From: Candidatus Eremiobacteria bacterium
GTDB lineage: Bacteria > Vulcanimicrobiota > Vulcanimicrobiia > Vulcanimicrobiales > Vulcanimicrobiaceae
NCBI GenBank assembly: GCA_963737065.1
Contig: CAVTRC010000001.1
Coordinates: 1,664,001 to 1,728,000 of the forward strand
Direction of reading: 5' to 3'
Length of the DNA: 64,000 nt
A model generated the notes under the pieces. The model did not search any database, was not told the DNA's origin, and saw only the letters and a program-made list of their open reading frames with translations. Of this stretch, positions 18,448-28,696 are shown piece by piece. Numbering within the stretch: the first letter of the stretch is position 1; each line of letters opens with the position of its first letter. A program made the position numbers and the translations under genes.

Positions 18448-21075
18448 GTGCCGAAACCCAAACCCGGTACTGCAACGCTAATGTTGCTCGACACGTACGG
18501 CCTCGTGTACCGTGCGTTTTTTGCGTTGCCGCCGCTCACGACGACGCGCGGAACGCCGATCAACGCGGTGTATGGGTTCACGATGATGCTGAACAAGCTG
18601 ATCAATGACGAAAAACCAACGCATGTCGTCGCGGCGTTCGATAAGGGCATGCCTGCCGCGCGCGTTGCGTTGTATAAGGACTACAAGGCGCAGCGCGACG
18701 CGATGCCCGACGACTTGCGCAGTCAATTCGCGCTCGTGCGAGACGTGCTCGCCGTGCACAGGATTCCGGTCGTCGAGATTGAGGGCATGGAAGCCGACGA
18801 CATCATAGCGACGCTCGCGCAAAAAGCAGAAGACGCGGGCGAACGCACGTTGGTCGTCACGGGCGATTTGGATTTGCTTCAAATCGTCGACGAGAAGACG
18901 ACGGTTCTTACGACGCGTCGCGGCATCACGGAACTCGGCCGCTACGATCCGCCGGCGGTAGCGGAACGTTTCGAACTCGAACCGCGACAGCTCGCGGACT
19001 ATCGTGGACTCAAGGGTGATCCCTCGGATAATCTCCCGGGCATTCCCGGCGTCGGTGAAAAGACTGCGATTAAGTTGATCAAAGCCGCCGGTTCGCTCGA
19101 TGCGCTCGTCGCGGATCCCGCGCTCGCGGGTTCGCCGAAATTGCAGAAGCTCGTGGAAGAACACGGGCCGAAAGCGCAAATCTATCGCGACGTTTCCATC
19201 GTGCATCGCGACCTCCCCGTCGACGTCGATTGGAGCAACCGCTACAAATTCCCGAGCGACGCGGAATTGTATCCGCTCTACGGGGAACTGGAATTCAAGA
19301 CGCTGCTTTCCAAACTGAAGCCGCCGGTTGACGGCCTTCCGCTCTTTGCGGCCGACAAACGGATCGAAGGCAACTATCGATCGTATGCGGCTTCCGTGGA
19401 CCCGCCCGAATTCGAGCGCCTGGCGAACGACATACGAGCGCTTGCGGAGTCGCAACTCGTCGCCGTCGCGCTGCGCGAAGATCAAGTCGGAATCTCCGGC
19501 GCGGCCGGATCCGGCATCTCGTTTGCACTAGCGGCGCTTGCGCACGAAAACGTCCGGTTCGCGATGATGTCATTGTTACGCGACGCGAAGCGCCTCACGG
19601 CGTACGACGCCAAGCGCGTCGTGCATGCGTTGCGTGCGAACGGCATCGAACACTATCGCTTCGAAGACGACGCGATGATTGTTGCCCATTTGCTCAATCC
19701 CGGGCGCACGTTCAGCGACATTTCGGATGCCGCGGCGGAACAATTGCAAACGCATCCCGGCGACGACGCGGCGGCATTCGCGGACGCGACGTTGCAAATC
19801 GTTACACGAGCGCGGGAAACGCTCGACGAGCGCGATCAGATGCGCGTCTATGAGGACGTCGAAGTTCCGCTCGCGTCGATTTTGGCAAAGATGGAAGCCG
19901 CCGGCGTCGCGGTCGACACGTCGGAGCTCGACGTCATCGGTCAGGAAATCGATGAGGCGACGGCGCGTTTGCAACGCCACATCTTCGATTTCGCCGGCGA
20001 AGAGTTCAACATCGGCTCGCCGATGCAACTTGGCAACATTCTTTTTGGACGCCTCGGCATTCCGGGCGGAAAGAAGACGAAAACCGGCTGGGCAACGGGC
20101 GTCGAAATTCTCCAGGGCCTTGCGAGGGAGTATCCCATTTGCGCGCTCGTGCTCGAATGGCGGGAGGTGACGAAACTCAAGAACACCTACATCGACGTTA
20201 TTCCGCAGCTCTTGGACAAACGCGATCGCCGTTTGCACACGGTCTTCAATCAAACGTCGACCGCGACAGGACGCCTGTCATCGACGAATCCGAATCTACA
20301 AAACATTCCCGTCCGGGGCGATCTCGGGCGCCGTATTCGCAAAGCGTTCGTCGCCAAAGACCGCGATCACGTGTTGCTCGCCGCCGATTATAGCCAGATC
20401 GAACTGCGGTTGATGGCGCATCTTTCGGGCGATGAAGCGATGAGAACCGCCTTTGAGGAAGGCCAAGACATCCACGATTTCACCGCGCGACAAATCTTTA
20501 ACGTGCAGCCGGCCGAATCGGTCGACGGTAATCAGCGCCGCATGGCGAAGAGCGTGAATTTCGGTTTGCTCTACGGCATGTCGGATTTCGGGCTCGCGCA
20601 GCGCTTGGAGATTAGCCGCGCTGAAGCGCGCGATATCACGACCGCCTACTTCGCGCGTTTTCCGAGCGTGCGCGAGTACATCGAACGCACGATCGACGAC
20701 GCGCGGCGCAACGGATACGTCTCGACGATTCTGGGACGGCGGCGCTACATGCCCGCCCTTGCTTCGAGCAACTACATGTTGCGGTCCGCCGCGGAACGCG
20801 AGGCGACCAACGCGCCGCTCCAAGGCAGCGCGGCGGATCTCATGAAGCTTGCGATGGTAAGAATCGACCGGGTGCTCGAGAGCTCCCCGTATGCGACAAT
20901 GCTGCTGCAAATTCACGACGAGCTGATCTTCGAAGTACATAACGCGCACTTGCACGACGTCGCGCATCTCGTGCGGACCGAGATGGAGAACGCGCTCGCG
21001 CTCTCCGTCCCGCTGGAAGTGACGGTGAAAACCGGCCCGAATTGGTACGACGTGGAGGCAATGCCGGAGGTGTGA
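18448..21075 (+). CDS. polA: DNA polymerase I
   Basis: 5'-3' exonuclease (YRAFFA, EADD, GDPSDNLPG) plus polymerase motifs TATGRLSS, DYSQIELR, KSVNFGLLYG and IHDEL. Confidence 0.98.
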   Translation: MPKPKPGTATLMLLDTYGLVYRAFFALPPLTTTRGTPINAVYGFTMMLNKLINDEKPTHVVAAFDKGMPAARVALYKDYKAQRDAMPDDLRSQFALVRDVLAVHRIPVVEIEGMEADDIIATLAQKAEDAGERTLVVTGDLDLLQIVDEKTTVLTTRRGITELGRYDPPAVAERFELEPRQLADYRGLKGDPSDNLPGIPGVGEKTAIKLIKAAGSLDALVADPALAGSPKLQKLVEEHGPKAQIYRDVSIVHRDLPVDVDWSNRYKFPSDAELYPLYGELEFKTLLSKLKPPVDGLPLFAADKRIEGNYRSYAASVDPPEFERLANDIRALAESQLVAVALREDQVGISGAAGSGISFALAALAHENVRFAMMSLLRDAKRLTAYDAKRVVHALRANGIEHYRFEDDAMIVAHLLNPGRTFSDISDAAAEQLQTHPGDDAAAFADATLQIVTRARETLDERDQMRVYEDVEVPLASILAKMEAAGVAVDTSELDVIGQEIDEATARLQRHIFDFAGEEFNIGSPMQLGNILFGRLGIPGGKKTKTGWATGVEILQGLAREYPICALVLEWREVTKLKNTYIDVIPQLLDKRDRRLHTVFNQTSTATGRLSSTNPNLQNIPVRGDLGRRIRKAFVAKDRDHVLLAADYSQIELRLMAHLSGDEAMRTAFEEGQDIHDFTARQIFNVQPAESVDGNQRRMAKSVNFGLLYGMSDFGLAQRLEISRAEARDITTAYFARFPSVREYIERTIDDARRNGYVSTILGRRRYMPALASSNYMLRSAAEREATNAPLQGSAADLMKLAMVRIDRVLESSPYATMLLQIHDELIFEVHNAHLHDVAHLVRTEMENALALSVPLEVTVKTGPNWYDVEAMPEV

Positions 21076-22412
21076 CGTCTCGCCGCACGGTGATCACATT
21101 GTCGTTGATCGTCGCGGCGATTCTACTCGTCTGTGCAGTCCTGCGTGCGGCGTTTTGGACGTACGGCGCCGACACGGGAACGCTGAATATCGCGATTCAA
21201 AACGTGCGTTCCGGCATGTTCGATCCCTTCGAACGTGCCTCGCACTTCCGATTTCACTGGTCGCCGATCCTCGCGGCGCTTTATCCGCTGCTCGCGCTTA
21301 CGCACAGCATTCTGACGCTGCAGATTCTCCAGATCCTTCTCGTCGTTGCTTCGGTCGTCGCCTACTATTTTCTGATCGAGCGCTATGTCGGAGAGCGGAT
21401 CGCCGTGCGTTGTGCGATCGTCGCGTTGCTGTATCCGCCGCTCATCGCGCTCGCGTTCTCGGAGTTCCACGAGGTCGCGTTTGCGCCGCTGCTGACGTTC
21501 CTCGCCCTTCTCGCGCTATCGGCGCGCAAATGGGGATGGTACGCGCTTGCGGTCGTGCTGCTGCTTTGCGTGAAGGAAGACGTTGCGCTGCTTTGCGGCG
21601 TATTCGGGATCGTTCTCGCGTTTGCCGGTATGCGGCTCAATGACCGCGCCGCCATTACCGCCGGGGGATTGACGCTGGTCGGCGCAGCGGCCGTGCTGGT
21701 GCTGTATTTCGCGGTGATTATTCCGCGCGTCGGCGGCTGGGGGCCCTCGGCGTTTTACGCGTATCCATACGATCGCGGCTTCGTGGCCGTTGCGAGCGAA
21801 ATGTTCACCGCGGGGCGGCTGACATACGTGCTCGAAATGCTCGTCCCGCTCGCGTTCGTGCCGCTGCGCACGCGGTGGTTTTGGTTCGTCGTTCCCGGAC
21901 TCGGCATCATTCTCTTAGCGAATTCCGGCGGCGTGTGGCGAATGGGGATGCACTACGTCGCATTGTGGATGCCTTGGATACTGCTCGCTATGGCCGCGGG
22001 TCTCGCGCAGATTCGGGAACGCGCCGGCGAACGAACCGCACTGCGATGGTCATCCGCCGCCATCGTTCTCTGCGCCGTGTTTCTCGTTGCGTTCAATCCG
22101 ACGCATGCGCAACACTACTTGCGGCCGTCGTACCCGGACATTGCCGCGGTGCGCCAGGCGATGAAATGCGTTCCGCCGCGCGCGACGCTCGGAACGCACG
22201 ACGAATGGTATGCCGCGATGGCGTTCTCGCATCCGAACGAGACGATCGGCGCGCCGCCGTACGCCAAGTATCTGCTCTTCGCCGATGACTACCCGAGCGA
22301 CGAGTTCCAAACGAAGATTCTCCCCGTCGTTCGCCGCGAGGTTGCGACGGGGCAAGTCGACGAAGTGTGCCGCGTCGACCGCGTCGCCGTCTACCGGAGA
22401 GTGGAACCATGA
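21072..22412 (+). CDS. DUF2079-like integral membrane protein
   Basis: Many TM segments; DTG, HWSP, FHEVAF and KED motifs. Confidence 0.75.
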   Translation: MTSRRTVITLSLIVAAILLVCAVLRAAFWTYGADTGTLNIAIQNVRSGMFDPFERASHFRFHWSPILAALYPLLALTHSILTLQILQILLVVASVVAYYFLIERYVGERIAVRCAIVALLYPPLIALAFSEFHEVAFAPLLTFLALLALSARKWGWYALAVVLLLCVKEDVALLCGVFGIVLAFAGMRLNDRAAITAGGLTLVGAAAVLVLYFAVIIPRVGGWGPSAFYAYPYDRGFVAVASEMFTAGRLTYVLEMLVPLAFVPLRTRWFWFVVPGLGIILLANSGGVWRMGMHYVALWMPWILLAMAAGLAQIRERAGERTALRWSSAAIVLCAVFLVAFNPTHAQHYLRPSYPDIAAVRQAMKCVPPRATLGTHDEWYAAMAFSHPNETIGAPPYAKYLLFADDYPSDEFQTKILPVVRREVATGQVDEVCRVDRVAVYRRVEP

Positions 22413-22873
22413 TCGCGTCCATTGCATTGATGCTAGCAATAGCGAGCCCGCTTCCGAGCGCACCGCCTACGCCGCAGCACCTACCGACGATCGCGGTGCA
22501 CGCGCCCCGCGCGACGCTGACGCTTCAAGTCGCTAAAACGGACGAGCAACGCGAGCGCGGACTGATGGGCGTCACCAAGCTGCCGCCGGAGAACGGTATG
22601 GTCTTTGTCTTCAGCAAAGACGGACCGGCTGAATTTTGGATGAAGAACACGCTCGTTCCGCTCGATATGATCTTCGTCGGTCCAGACGGCATCGTCCGCT
22701 CCGTGGCGGCGAACGTTCCCGCGACCAAGCCCGACACGCCCGATGATAAAATTCCGCGTCGCTATGCGAACGCGCAATACGTCATTGAACTACCCGCCGG
22801 CGAAGCGGCAATGGACGGAATCACCGGGGGCGTCCACTTGGACTTGACGCAGATTGGCGTCGCTCCTCAGTGA
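22409..22873 (+). CDS. DUF192 family exported protein
   Basis: RERGLM, GMVFVF, FWMKNTLVPLDMIF and YVIELPAG motifs. Confidence 0.9.
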   Translation: MIASIALMLAIASPLPSAPPTPQHLPTIAVHAPRATLTLQVAKTDEQRERGLMGVTKLPPENGMVFVFSKDGPAEFWMKNTLVPLDMIFVGPDGIVRSVAANVPATKPDTPDDKIPRRYANAQYVIELPAGEAAMDGITGGVHLDLTQIGVAPQ

Positions 22874-23423
22874 ACCTGTAGTTCGAGTATCGAACTTCGG
22901 CGCGTTCGCGCGCCCAGAATAGCCAGCCGTGACCGTGCGCGTGCGCGGAAATGGACGACGGCATAATGTACGCGCCGAATCGAGCATAACGAACGGAATA
23001 ATCGACGGTCATATCGTTGTCGTCCGTCTCGCTGCCGTCCGCGCCGAGCAAGTCGAACGTATGCGCATCGGCGTACACCGTTGACACGTCTATGTCTTCC
23101 TTGCAGTGTTTTACTTCGGTCACCGATATCGCGATCGCATCGTATCCATTCCACTTCGTTTGGCTTTCCGTTGTGGGCGCGTAACACGATGGGTCGAAGA
23201 TGTGTCGAATAACAGGCGAATCGCCATTATACCTCGTGTCGCTTTTTGGCGTCACGGAAACGATCTTCTTCGCACGAACATCAACGACGACGCGTACCGG
23301 ACCGTCGCGCTCTCCGGCGAGGCCGTGCGCGTCACTTTCTTGCGTGTACTCGACGAAGGCGGGGAGCGTCTGCGCGCGCAATGCCCGCACTGCGGCGTCG
23401 TAGTCCGCTGCAGGGGTCGTCAT
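22821..23423 (-). CDS. Hypothetical protein
   Basis: 200-aa ORF with protein-like composition; no recognised motif. Confidence 0.6.
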   Translation of the reverse strand: MTTPAADYDAAVRALRAQTLPAFVEYTQESDAHGLAGERDGPVRVVVDVRAKKIVSVTPKSDTRYNGDSPVIRHIFDPSCYAPTTESQTKWNGYDAIAISVTEVKHCKEDIDVSTVYADAHTFDLLGADGSETDDNDMTVDYSVRYARFGAYIMPSSISAHAHGHGWLFWARERAEVRYSNYRFTEERRQSASSPSGRPR

Positions 23424-23495
23424 ATTGGTCCTACGTCGCACATAACATAATGTTTCAACCGTCACAACGGAAATGAAGCGCCCGTTATAGCGGGC

Positions 23496-23855
23496 ATGAA
23501 ACTCAACACAATCGTTGCGATGACGTTCGGTGCGGCGTTGATCGCAGCGCCACTTTACGCGGGTGCCGCGCAGGAGGGCGGTACGGTCTGCGGCCGCGTC
23601 AATGCACCATCATCCTATATTCTTCAACTCGAACAGTCGCCCACGCACGATAACGTGATCACCGCACGCTCGGAGAGCGAGTTCGTGCAAGCGCGGGTGA
23701 ACGTCGACGGAACATATTGCTTCAACAATCTACACGACGACGTGCATACGATCACGGCGTTCGAAGATGCGTTCCCGACGCTGCGGGCGACGGTGACCCC
23801 CGTCCCCGGCCAAATGCTCATCGTCGATTTGACGGGACTAACCGTCGACTTATAA
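23496..23855 (+). CDS. Small exported protein (possibly carboxypeptidase-regulatory/Ig-like fold)
   Basis: Signal peptide; GTVCGRV...DGTYCFNNL...HTITA pattern. Confidence 0.6.
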   Translation: MKLNTIVAMTFGAALIAAPLYAGAAQEGGTVCGRVNAPSSYILQLEQSPTHDNVITARSESEFVQARVNVDGTYCFNNLHDDVHTITAFEDAFPTLRATVTPVPGQMLIVDLTGLTVDL

Positions 23856-23856
23856 T
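23829..23856 (+). promoter_or_regulatory. Sigma70-type promoter for mutM(-rpsA)
   Basis: TTGACG (23829-23834), 16-nt spacer, TATAAT (23851-23856), 13 nt before the mutM ATG. Confidence 0.7.
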
Positions 23857-23869
23857 CGGGGTTGGGCCT

Positions 23870-24683
23870 ATGCCTGAGCTCCCCGAAGTTGAAACGATTG
23901 CCCGCGGCTTGGCCAACGCGGTCGTGGGCAAGTCAATTGCATCCGTCGATATCCGTCTTGCCAAAATGGCGATCGCGCCGCCGGGCGTTGACTTTGCGAG
24001 CGCGCTCGCGGGCGAAACAATCGCCGGCGTCGGGCGGCGGGGAAAATATGTCGTGATGAGCTTGACGTCGGGCCGCAGGCTGGTAACCAGCTTGCGAATG
24101 ACCGGCCGTCTGGTGATTCAGCGCGATGGAGAGCCTGAATATCGCGGCACGCATATTGTGTTTCATTATATGGATAGAACGCGGCTCAGTTTCGCGGATC
24201 TGCGGACGTTTGGCCGTATCCGCCTGGTGGAGCCCGGCGAGCAATGGGACAAAAGTCTCGGTATAGAGCCACTTTGTGAAGGCTTTACACCGGAAGGCTT
24301 TATCGGTATGCTGTCCGGGCGGACGACGCCGATCAAGGCACTGCTCCTCGATCAGCAGCGAATCGCCGGCATAGGTAACATCTATGCGTGCGAAGCGTTG
24401 TGGGACGCCGGAATCAAACCCAGCCGGCCCTCGAAGGCGTTGACGAAACCAGCGGTTCGCCGGTTACACCGCGCAATCATCGAAGTGCTCACCCGCGCGA
24501 TCGCGATGCGCGGCACAAGCGTCGATGATTACGTGGACGCCGAAGGCTTGCAGGGCGGATTTCAAAACGCGCTTGCGGTCTACGGAAAAGAAAGACGAAC
24601 CGTGTCCTCGTTGTGGGAAAACGATCGTGAGGACGGTCCTCGCGCAACGCGGGACGTGGTGGTGTCGAAACTGTCAGCGTTGA
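23870..24683 (+). CDS. mutM: Formamidopyrimidine-DNA glycosylase, with an apparent +1 frameshift before the Zn finger
   Basis: MPELPEVET, RRGKY and LLDQQRIAGIGNIYACEAL. Removing one A from AAAA 24586-24589 restores YGKKDEPCPRCG...RGTWWCRNCQR*. Confidence 0.93.
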
Positions 24684-24722
24684 TCCGTAAAAAAATAAAT
24701 TATCGAAGGTAGGAACTTCAAC

Positions 24723-25889
24723 ATCTCTACGATTCAAATAGCCCCCGCGCACGAAGAAGAAGATCAGCTCGCACTCGAACAGCGGCTCTACGAAGAGTCG
24801 CTAAAAGTACTGGACGAGGGCCAAGTCCTGAACGGCATGATCGTTCAGAAAGACAAAGACGAGCTGCTCGTCGACGTCGGCGGGAAGTCCGAAGGCGTAC
24901 TTCCGTTCCGCGAGCTTTCGCTGGCGGTCGACCCGAAAGTGCTCAAAGTCGGTGACACGCTCGAGGTGATGATTCACCGCATCGACGATATGGACGGAAC
25001 GCTCTTCCTGTCGGAACGCCGCGCACGCGCGCTCAAGACATGGGAGAAGGTCATTGAAGCGCATGAACGCGACGAAGTGATCGAAGCGACCGTGACGCAA
25101 GTCGTTAAAGGCGGCGTGCTGGTCGATCTCGGCATGCGTGGCTTCGTTCCCGCATCGCAAATCCGCCGCCAGCCGGTGGGCAACCTCGACGAACTCGTCG
25201 GACAAAAACTTCGCTTGAAAGTGATCGATCTCGATCACAAGCGCCATCGCGTCGTGCTCTCGCAGCGCCTCGTGCTCGAAGAAGAGCTTCAAGCCAAGAA
25301 ACAAGAGCTGCTCGACACGATGGAAGTCGGCCAGATTCGTGAAGGCGTCGTCGTACGTCTCGCGGACTTCGGTGCGTTCGTCGATCTGGGCGGCATCGAT
25401 GGTCTCATTCACAACAGCGAACTGAGCTATGCTCGCATCAAGCATCCGTCGGAAGTCGTAAAAATCGGCGACGTTGTAAACGTCGAGATCATGAAGTTCG
25501 ATCCGGAAGCGAAGAAGGTCAGCTTGTCACTCAAACACGCGTTGCCCGATCCGTGGGACGAGCACGCGGACAAGCTCTACGAGACGAACAAACTGACGGC
25601 GCAAGTCGTCAAGGTTACGCCGAATTACCTTCTGGTCGAGATCGTCCCGGGCATCCTCGCGATGGTGCCGAAGGGCGAGTTCGATCCGAGCGCGACATTC
25701 AATGCGGGCCAAGACGTCGAAGTAACGCTGCTTACGATCAACCACGCGACGCGCCGCATCACCGCGTCGATCCAGCACGTGGCCGACGTTCCGCCTGAAG
25801 AGATTGAGGCCCTAGCCGTCGACGAAGACGATAGTTTCGGCACGATCGGCGACGCTGTTCAAAGCAGCGCCTCAACCATCTCATCCTGA
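24723..25889 (+). CDS. rpsA: 30S ribosomal protein S1 (four S1 repeats), probable ATC start
   Basis: VDVGGKSEG, GGVLVDLGMRGFVPASQ and FGAFVDLGGIDGLIH. S1-like sequence (YEESLKVLDEGQVLNG) extends upstream of the first ATG at 24837. Confidence 0.93.
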   Translation: MSTIQIAPAHEEEDQLALEQRLYEESLKVLDEGQVLNGMIVQKDKDELLVDVGGKSEGVLPFRELSLAVDPKVLKVGDTLEVMIHRIDDMDGTLFLSERRARALKTWEKVIEAHERDEVIEATVTQVVKGGVLVDLGMRGFVPASQIRRQPVGNLDELVGQKLRLKVIDLDHKRHRVVLSQRLVLEEELQAKKQELLDTMEVGQIREGVVVRLADFGAFVDLGGIDGLIHNSELSYARIKHPSEVVKIGDVVNVEIMKFDPEAKKVSLSLKHALPDPWDEHADKLYETNKLTAQVVKVTPNYLLVEIVPGILAMVPKGEFDPSATFNAGQDVEVTLLTINHATRRITASIQHVADVPPEEIEALAVDEDDSFGTIGDAVQSSASTISS

Positions 25890-25911
25890 ACGAAGCGCCG
25901 TCGGCGCGGAG

Positions 25912-26700
25912 TTGAAGCATCGCATGGAGAAACGAGCACGCCACAGTATGGTGTGCTCGTTCGCTTTTGCAGCGTGCGTTGTAGCGCAGTCTCCAACGTC
26001 CCGGTCGTCGTCATGCGGCGCGCCGAATACCGAGGCGACCGTGGTCCACGCAGCCGTTCCTGAGTACCCGTATGCCGCGAGAGTGCGTGATCTTGGACCG
26101 GCGTCCGTGCTGGTCGAGCTCGCGATTCCTCCGGACGGCACGCCGACTAGCGTGACGATCTACAAATCATCCGGAGATCGAGATATCGACCGGGCTGCAA
26201 TAGACGCAGCCCGCAAATCGACCTATACGGCCAAAGTCGTGGACTGCACGCGCGTGACGGCGCAGTATCTCTTTCGCGCGGTATTCTTGCCGTCCGATCC
26301 GCTTCGCTACGTCACGCCACCGCGGTTTTCTCCGCCGAACGGGTGGTCAAAAAGTAACAATGCGTCACCGGCGCCAGGCTTTCGCGAATTCGGTGAATGG
26401 ACGCAAGAACAGTCCGTCGTGGGCGTTATGGGTGCGCTTACGCCGTCTTCGCTCGCTCAGTACGTCGCACACCGTCTGACGTTATTGAAGAATTCCGGAG
26501 CGCAAATCTTCGATAGTGACTCCGTACCCTTGTGCAATGACAAGAACGGATGGAAGGTTACATACGCGCAGGGTGCTACGCAGTACGCAGAACTCATGCA
26601 GGTGATCGGCGAGCGCGTCTACGACGCGTATTACTATTCGACCAGTGGACCGCCCGACCAAAGCGTTACGGCGGCGATGCTCTCACTCTGTGTTTCTTGA
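25912..26700 (+). CDS. TonB C-terminal domain protein with an extra C-terminal domain
   Basis: PEYPYAARVRDLG...SVLVEL...DG...SSGDRDIDRAAIDAARKSTY is a TonB_C pattern; start uncertain. Confidence 0.7.
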   Translation: MKHRMEKRARHSMVCSFAFAACVVAQSPTSRSSSCGAPNTEATVVHAAVPEYPYAARVRDLGPASVLVELAIPPDGTPTSVTIYKSSGDRDIDRAAIDAARKSTYTAKVVDCTRVTAQYLFRAVFLPSDPLRYVTPPRFSPPNGWSKSNNASPAPGFREFGEWTQEQSVVGVMGALTPSSLAQYVAHRLTLLKNSGAQIFDSDSVPLCNDKNGWKVTYAQGATQYAELMQVIGERVYDAYYYSTSGPPDQSVTAAMLSLCVS

Positions 26701-26719
26701 TTTGCGAGAATCATCGCTG

Positions 26720-27238
26720 ATGCTAGCGTTCGTCGGCCCAAGCGTTTTCTCGGCGCTCGTGCTCGCCGCTGTGCAGCAGCCGGCGGTACCCGTGCCCCAG
26801 GCGTCGGCCGCGCCATCCCTCGCTGACGCAAGCGCCTGGATTGCCGCGCACCTACCATCCCGATATGACGAAAATCTTGCTGGAACGACAAACACCATCG
26901 ACGCGCACTATTCCGCCAAGGGCTGCGATATCACGGTTACGCTCGGCTTTTCTTGGCAGTTCAATAGCCTGAGAGACTCCGACCGGTCTGCGGCGTTCAG
27001 CGTTCGGGGCAATGCGGCGGCAGGCCACCACTTCGACGTTTCGGACGATGGCGGAACGATCGACTTCTCAATCGTTGATCCCTCGTCGCTGCGCATATCG
27101 GACGCCACCGAGTACCTCGGAACGGAACAAATTACGCCGGGCAGTTTCGAATTCACGTTCCGCAACGAAGCCGACGCCAAAGCGATGCTCGACGCTATGG
27201 CGTCCTTTACTCGAGCCTGCTCTTCCTATAGGAGCTGA
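26720..27238 (+). CDS. Exported hypothetical protein
   Basis: Hydrophobic N-terminus and Pro/Ala linker; TGATG-coupled to the next gene. Confidence 0.55.
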   Translation: MLAFVGPSVFSALVLAAVQQPAVPVPQASAAPSLADASAWIAAHLPSRYDENLAGTTNTIDAHYSAKGCDITVTLGFSWQFNSLRDSDRSAAFSVRGNAAAGHHFDVSDDGGTIDFSIVDPSSLRISDATEYLGTEQITPGSFEFTFRNEADAKAMLDAMASFTRACSSYRS

Positions 27239-28266
27239 TGTGCGTGCTCCGTAAGCGCTTCATTGCCGTCGCTTCCGCCGCAGCCGCGGCAACCGCCTTA
27301 CCGGCACGCGGGTCCGTGGTCGTGCCGGACTTCCGGTATCAGAGCGCGTTGTGGTTCAATTTGCACCACACGCTCTTCTTTCACGCGTATACTCTAAAGG
27401 CCGCAACGAGGGGAACCGCACAGTTTTCGGCTCTCGAGCGCGCAGCGTATGACGAAGCAAAAACGATGCTCTCGGACAACGACCTCAACTGGAACGAAGC
27501 GCTCGACACGTATCGCAAGAACTACGCAGCGCTCGATTTCGTCTTCGATGCGAGCATGACAAACGCCGACAACGCGTTGGCGACCGTCGGCGATTCCGAA
27601 AGCAGCTTTCCGCGAGCAGTACCGCGACCGATGCAGGATGCGCTGACGCAAGGCGCCCCCGCATACCGGGCGTTACTGTGGCAGAAACACACCTCGCAAA
27701 ACGAAAATCTTATCGTATCGTTGCGGACTTCCATAGCACCGTATGATACTCGTTTTGCGTCCGAACTAACGCGGATCTACCAGACGCCGTTTCTCGAAGG
27801 ACCGTACATCGTAGACGTTGTTGCGTATACGGATTGGGCGGGATCGTACAGTAATATGGGCGATACGTTCGTTCATATTCCGATCTCTTCGGAGGATCCG
27901 ACCAACGATGGTCTCTCGGGCGTCGACGTGCTGTTTCACGAAGCGTCTCACTCGATCGTCGATCCGCAGTATGGAACGATCGGCTCAGCAATCACGCGGC
28001 AAGCCAAACGGCTTGGAAGAAAGCCGCCGGATCAATTTTGGCATGCCTTGATCATGTACACACCGGGAAAACTTGCAGAACAATGGTTCAGCAGGCCCGG
28101 CCATCCGTACACGATGGTATGGATTCGGCTGGGGCTGTTCACCCGCGTGTGGCCAGCGTATTACGCCGCCTTCGAGCGCCACTGGTTTCCATACATGAGC
28201 GGACGCGGAACGATGGACGACGCTATCGCGGGCTGCCTTCGACAAATTTATATGGCCGGCGCGTAG
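27238..28266 (+). CDS. Exported HExxH protein, putative zinc metallopeptidase
   Basis: Tat-like RKRF leader; LFHEASHS followed by QFWHALI. Confidence 0.65.
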   Translation: MCVLRKRFIAVASAAAAATALPARGSVVVPDFRYQSALWFNLHHTLFFHAYTLKAATRGTAQFSALERAAYDEAKTMLSDNDLNWNEALDTYRKNYAALDFVFDASMTNADNALATVGDSESSFPRAVPRPMQDALTQGAPAYRALLWQKHTSQNENLIVSLRTSIAPYDTRFASELTRIYQTPFLEGPYIVDVVAYTDWAGSYSNMGDTFVHIPISSEDPTNDGLSGVDVLFHEASHSIVDPQYGTIGSAITRQAKRLGRKPPDQFWHALIMYTPGKLAEQWFSRPGHPYTMVWIRLGLFTRVWPAYYAAFERHWFPYMSGRGTMDDAIAGCLRQIYMAGA

Positions 28267-28272
28267 GCCGTC

Positions 28273-28635
28273 TTACTCCACCGGCCCACTATCGGGAACG
28301 GCGCGCATAATTTCGTGGGCTACAGCATTTGCGTCGGGAACCTGGACCGCAATGTGCGGATAGCGCTCGCCTTGCGTCTCGAGCACGAGACAATCGCCGT
28401 GACCGACGTCCGCGAAGATGAGGCCTTGCGGATTCGCGAAAACGCCCGCCGATTTGATCAGTCCCCAGTTCGTTCCCTCGAGTTTGTATTGCAGCTCCAA
28501 ATCCTCGAGATCGCTGACGTATGCATTCGTGACATGCGCTAAGGGGATGTGGAACGAGCCGTGAAAAGCAAGCATTCTGTCGATGAGCGAGAGGTTGATC
28601 GTGAGTGTATCGCCCTCGATCTTCACGTGCGCCAA
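28273..28635 (-). CDS. Hypothetical protein (possibly PH-like fold)
   Basis: TTG 28635 after GGGAG; AHVKIEGDTLTINLSLIDRMLAFHGSFHIPLAHV. Confidence 0.65.
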   Translation of the reverse strand: MAHVKIEGDTLTINLSLIDRMLAFHGSFHIPLAHVTNAYVSDLEDLELQYKLEGTNWGLIKSAGVFANPQGLIFADVGHGDCLVLETQGERYPHIAVQVPDANAVAHEIMRAVPDSGPVE

Positions 28636-28696
28636 AGTACTCTCCCTGAGAAGTCTGTCGGGATTCGAGGTTCGTTCGGCGAATGACGGCCCTCCC

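Noticed and set aside
19340..19860. Degenerate 3'-5' exonuclease domain of PolA as a novelty
   Set aside because: Loss of proofreading motifs in Pol I is common, for example in Bacillus and Thermus.
24581..24592. Programmed -1 frameshift in mutM or pntA2
   Set aside because: No proper X_XXY_YYZ slippery heptamer in frame; three similar +1 indels favour sequencing error.
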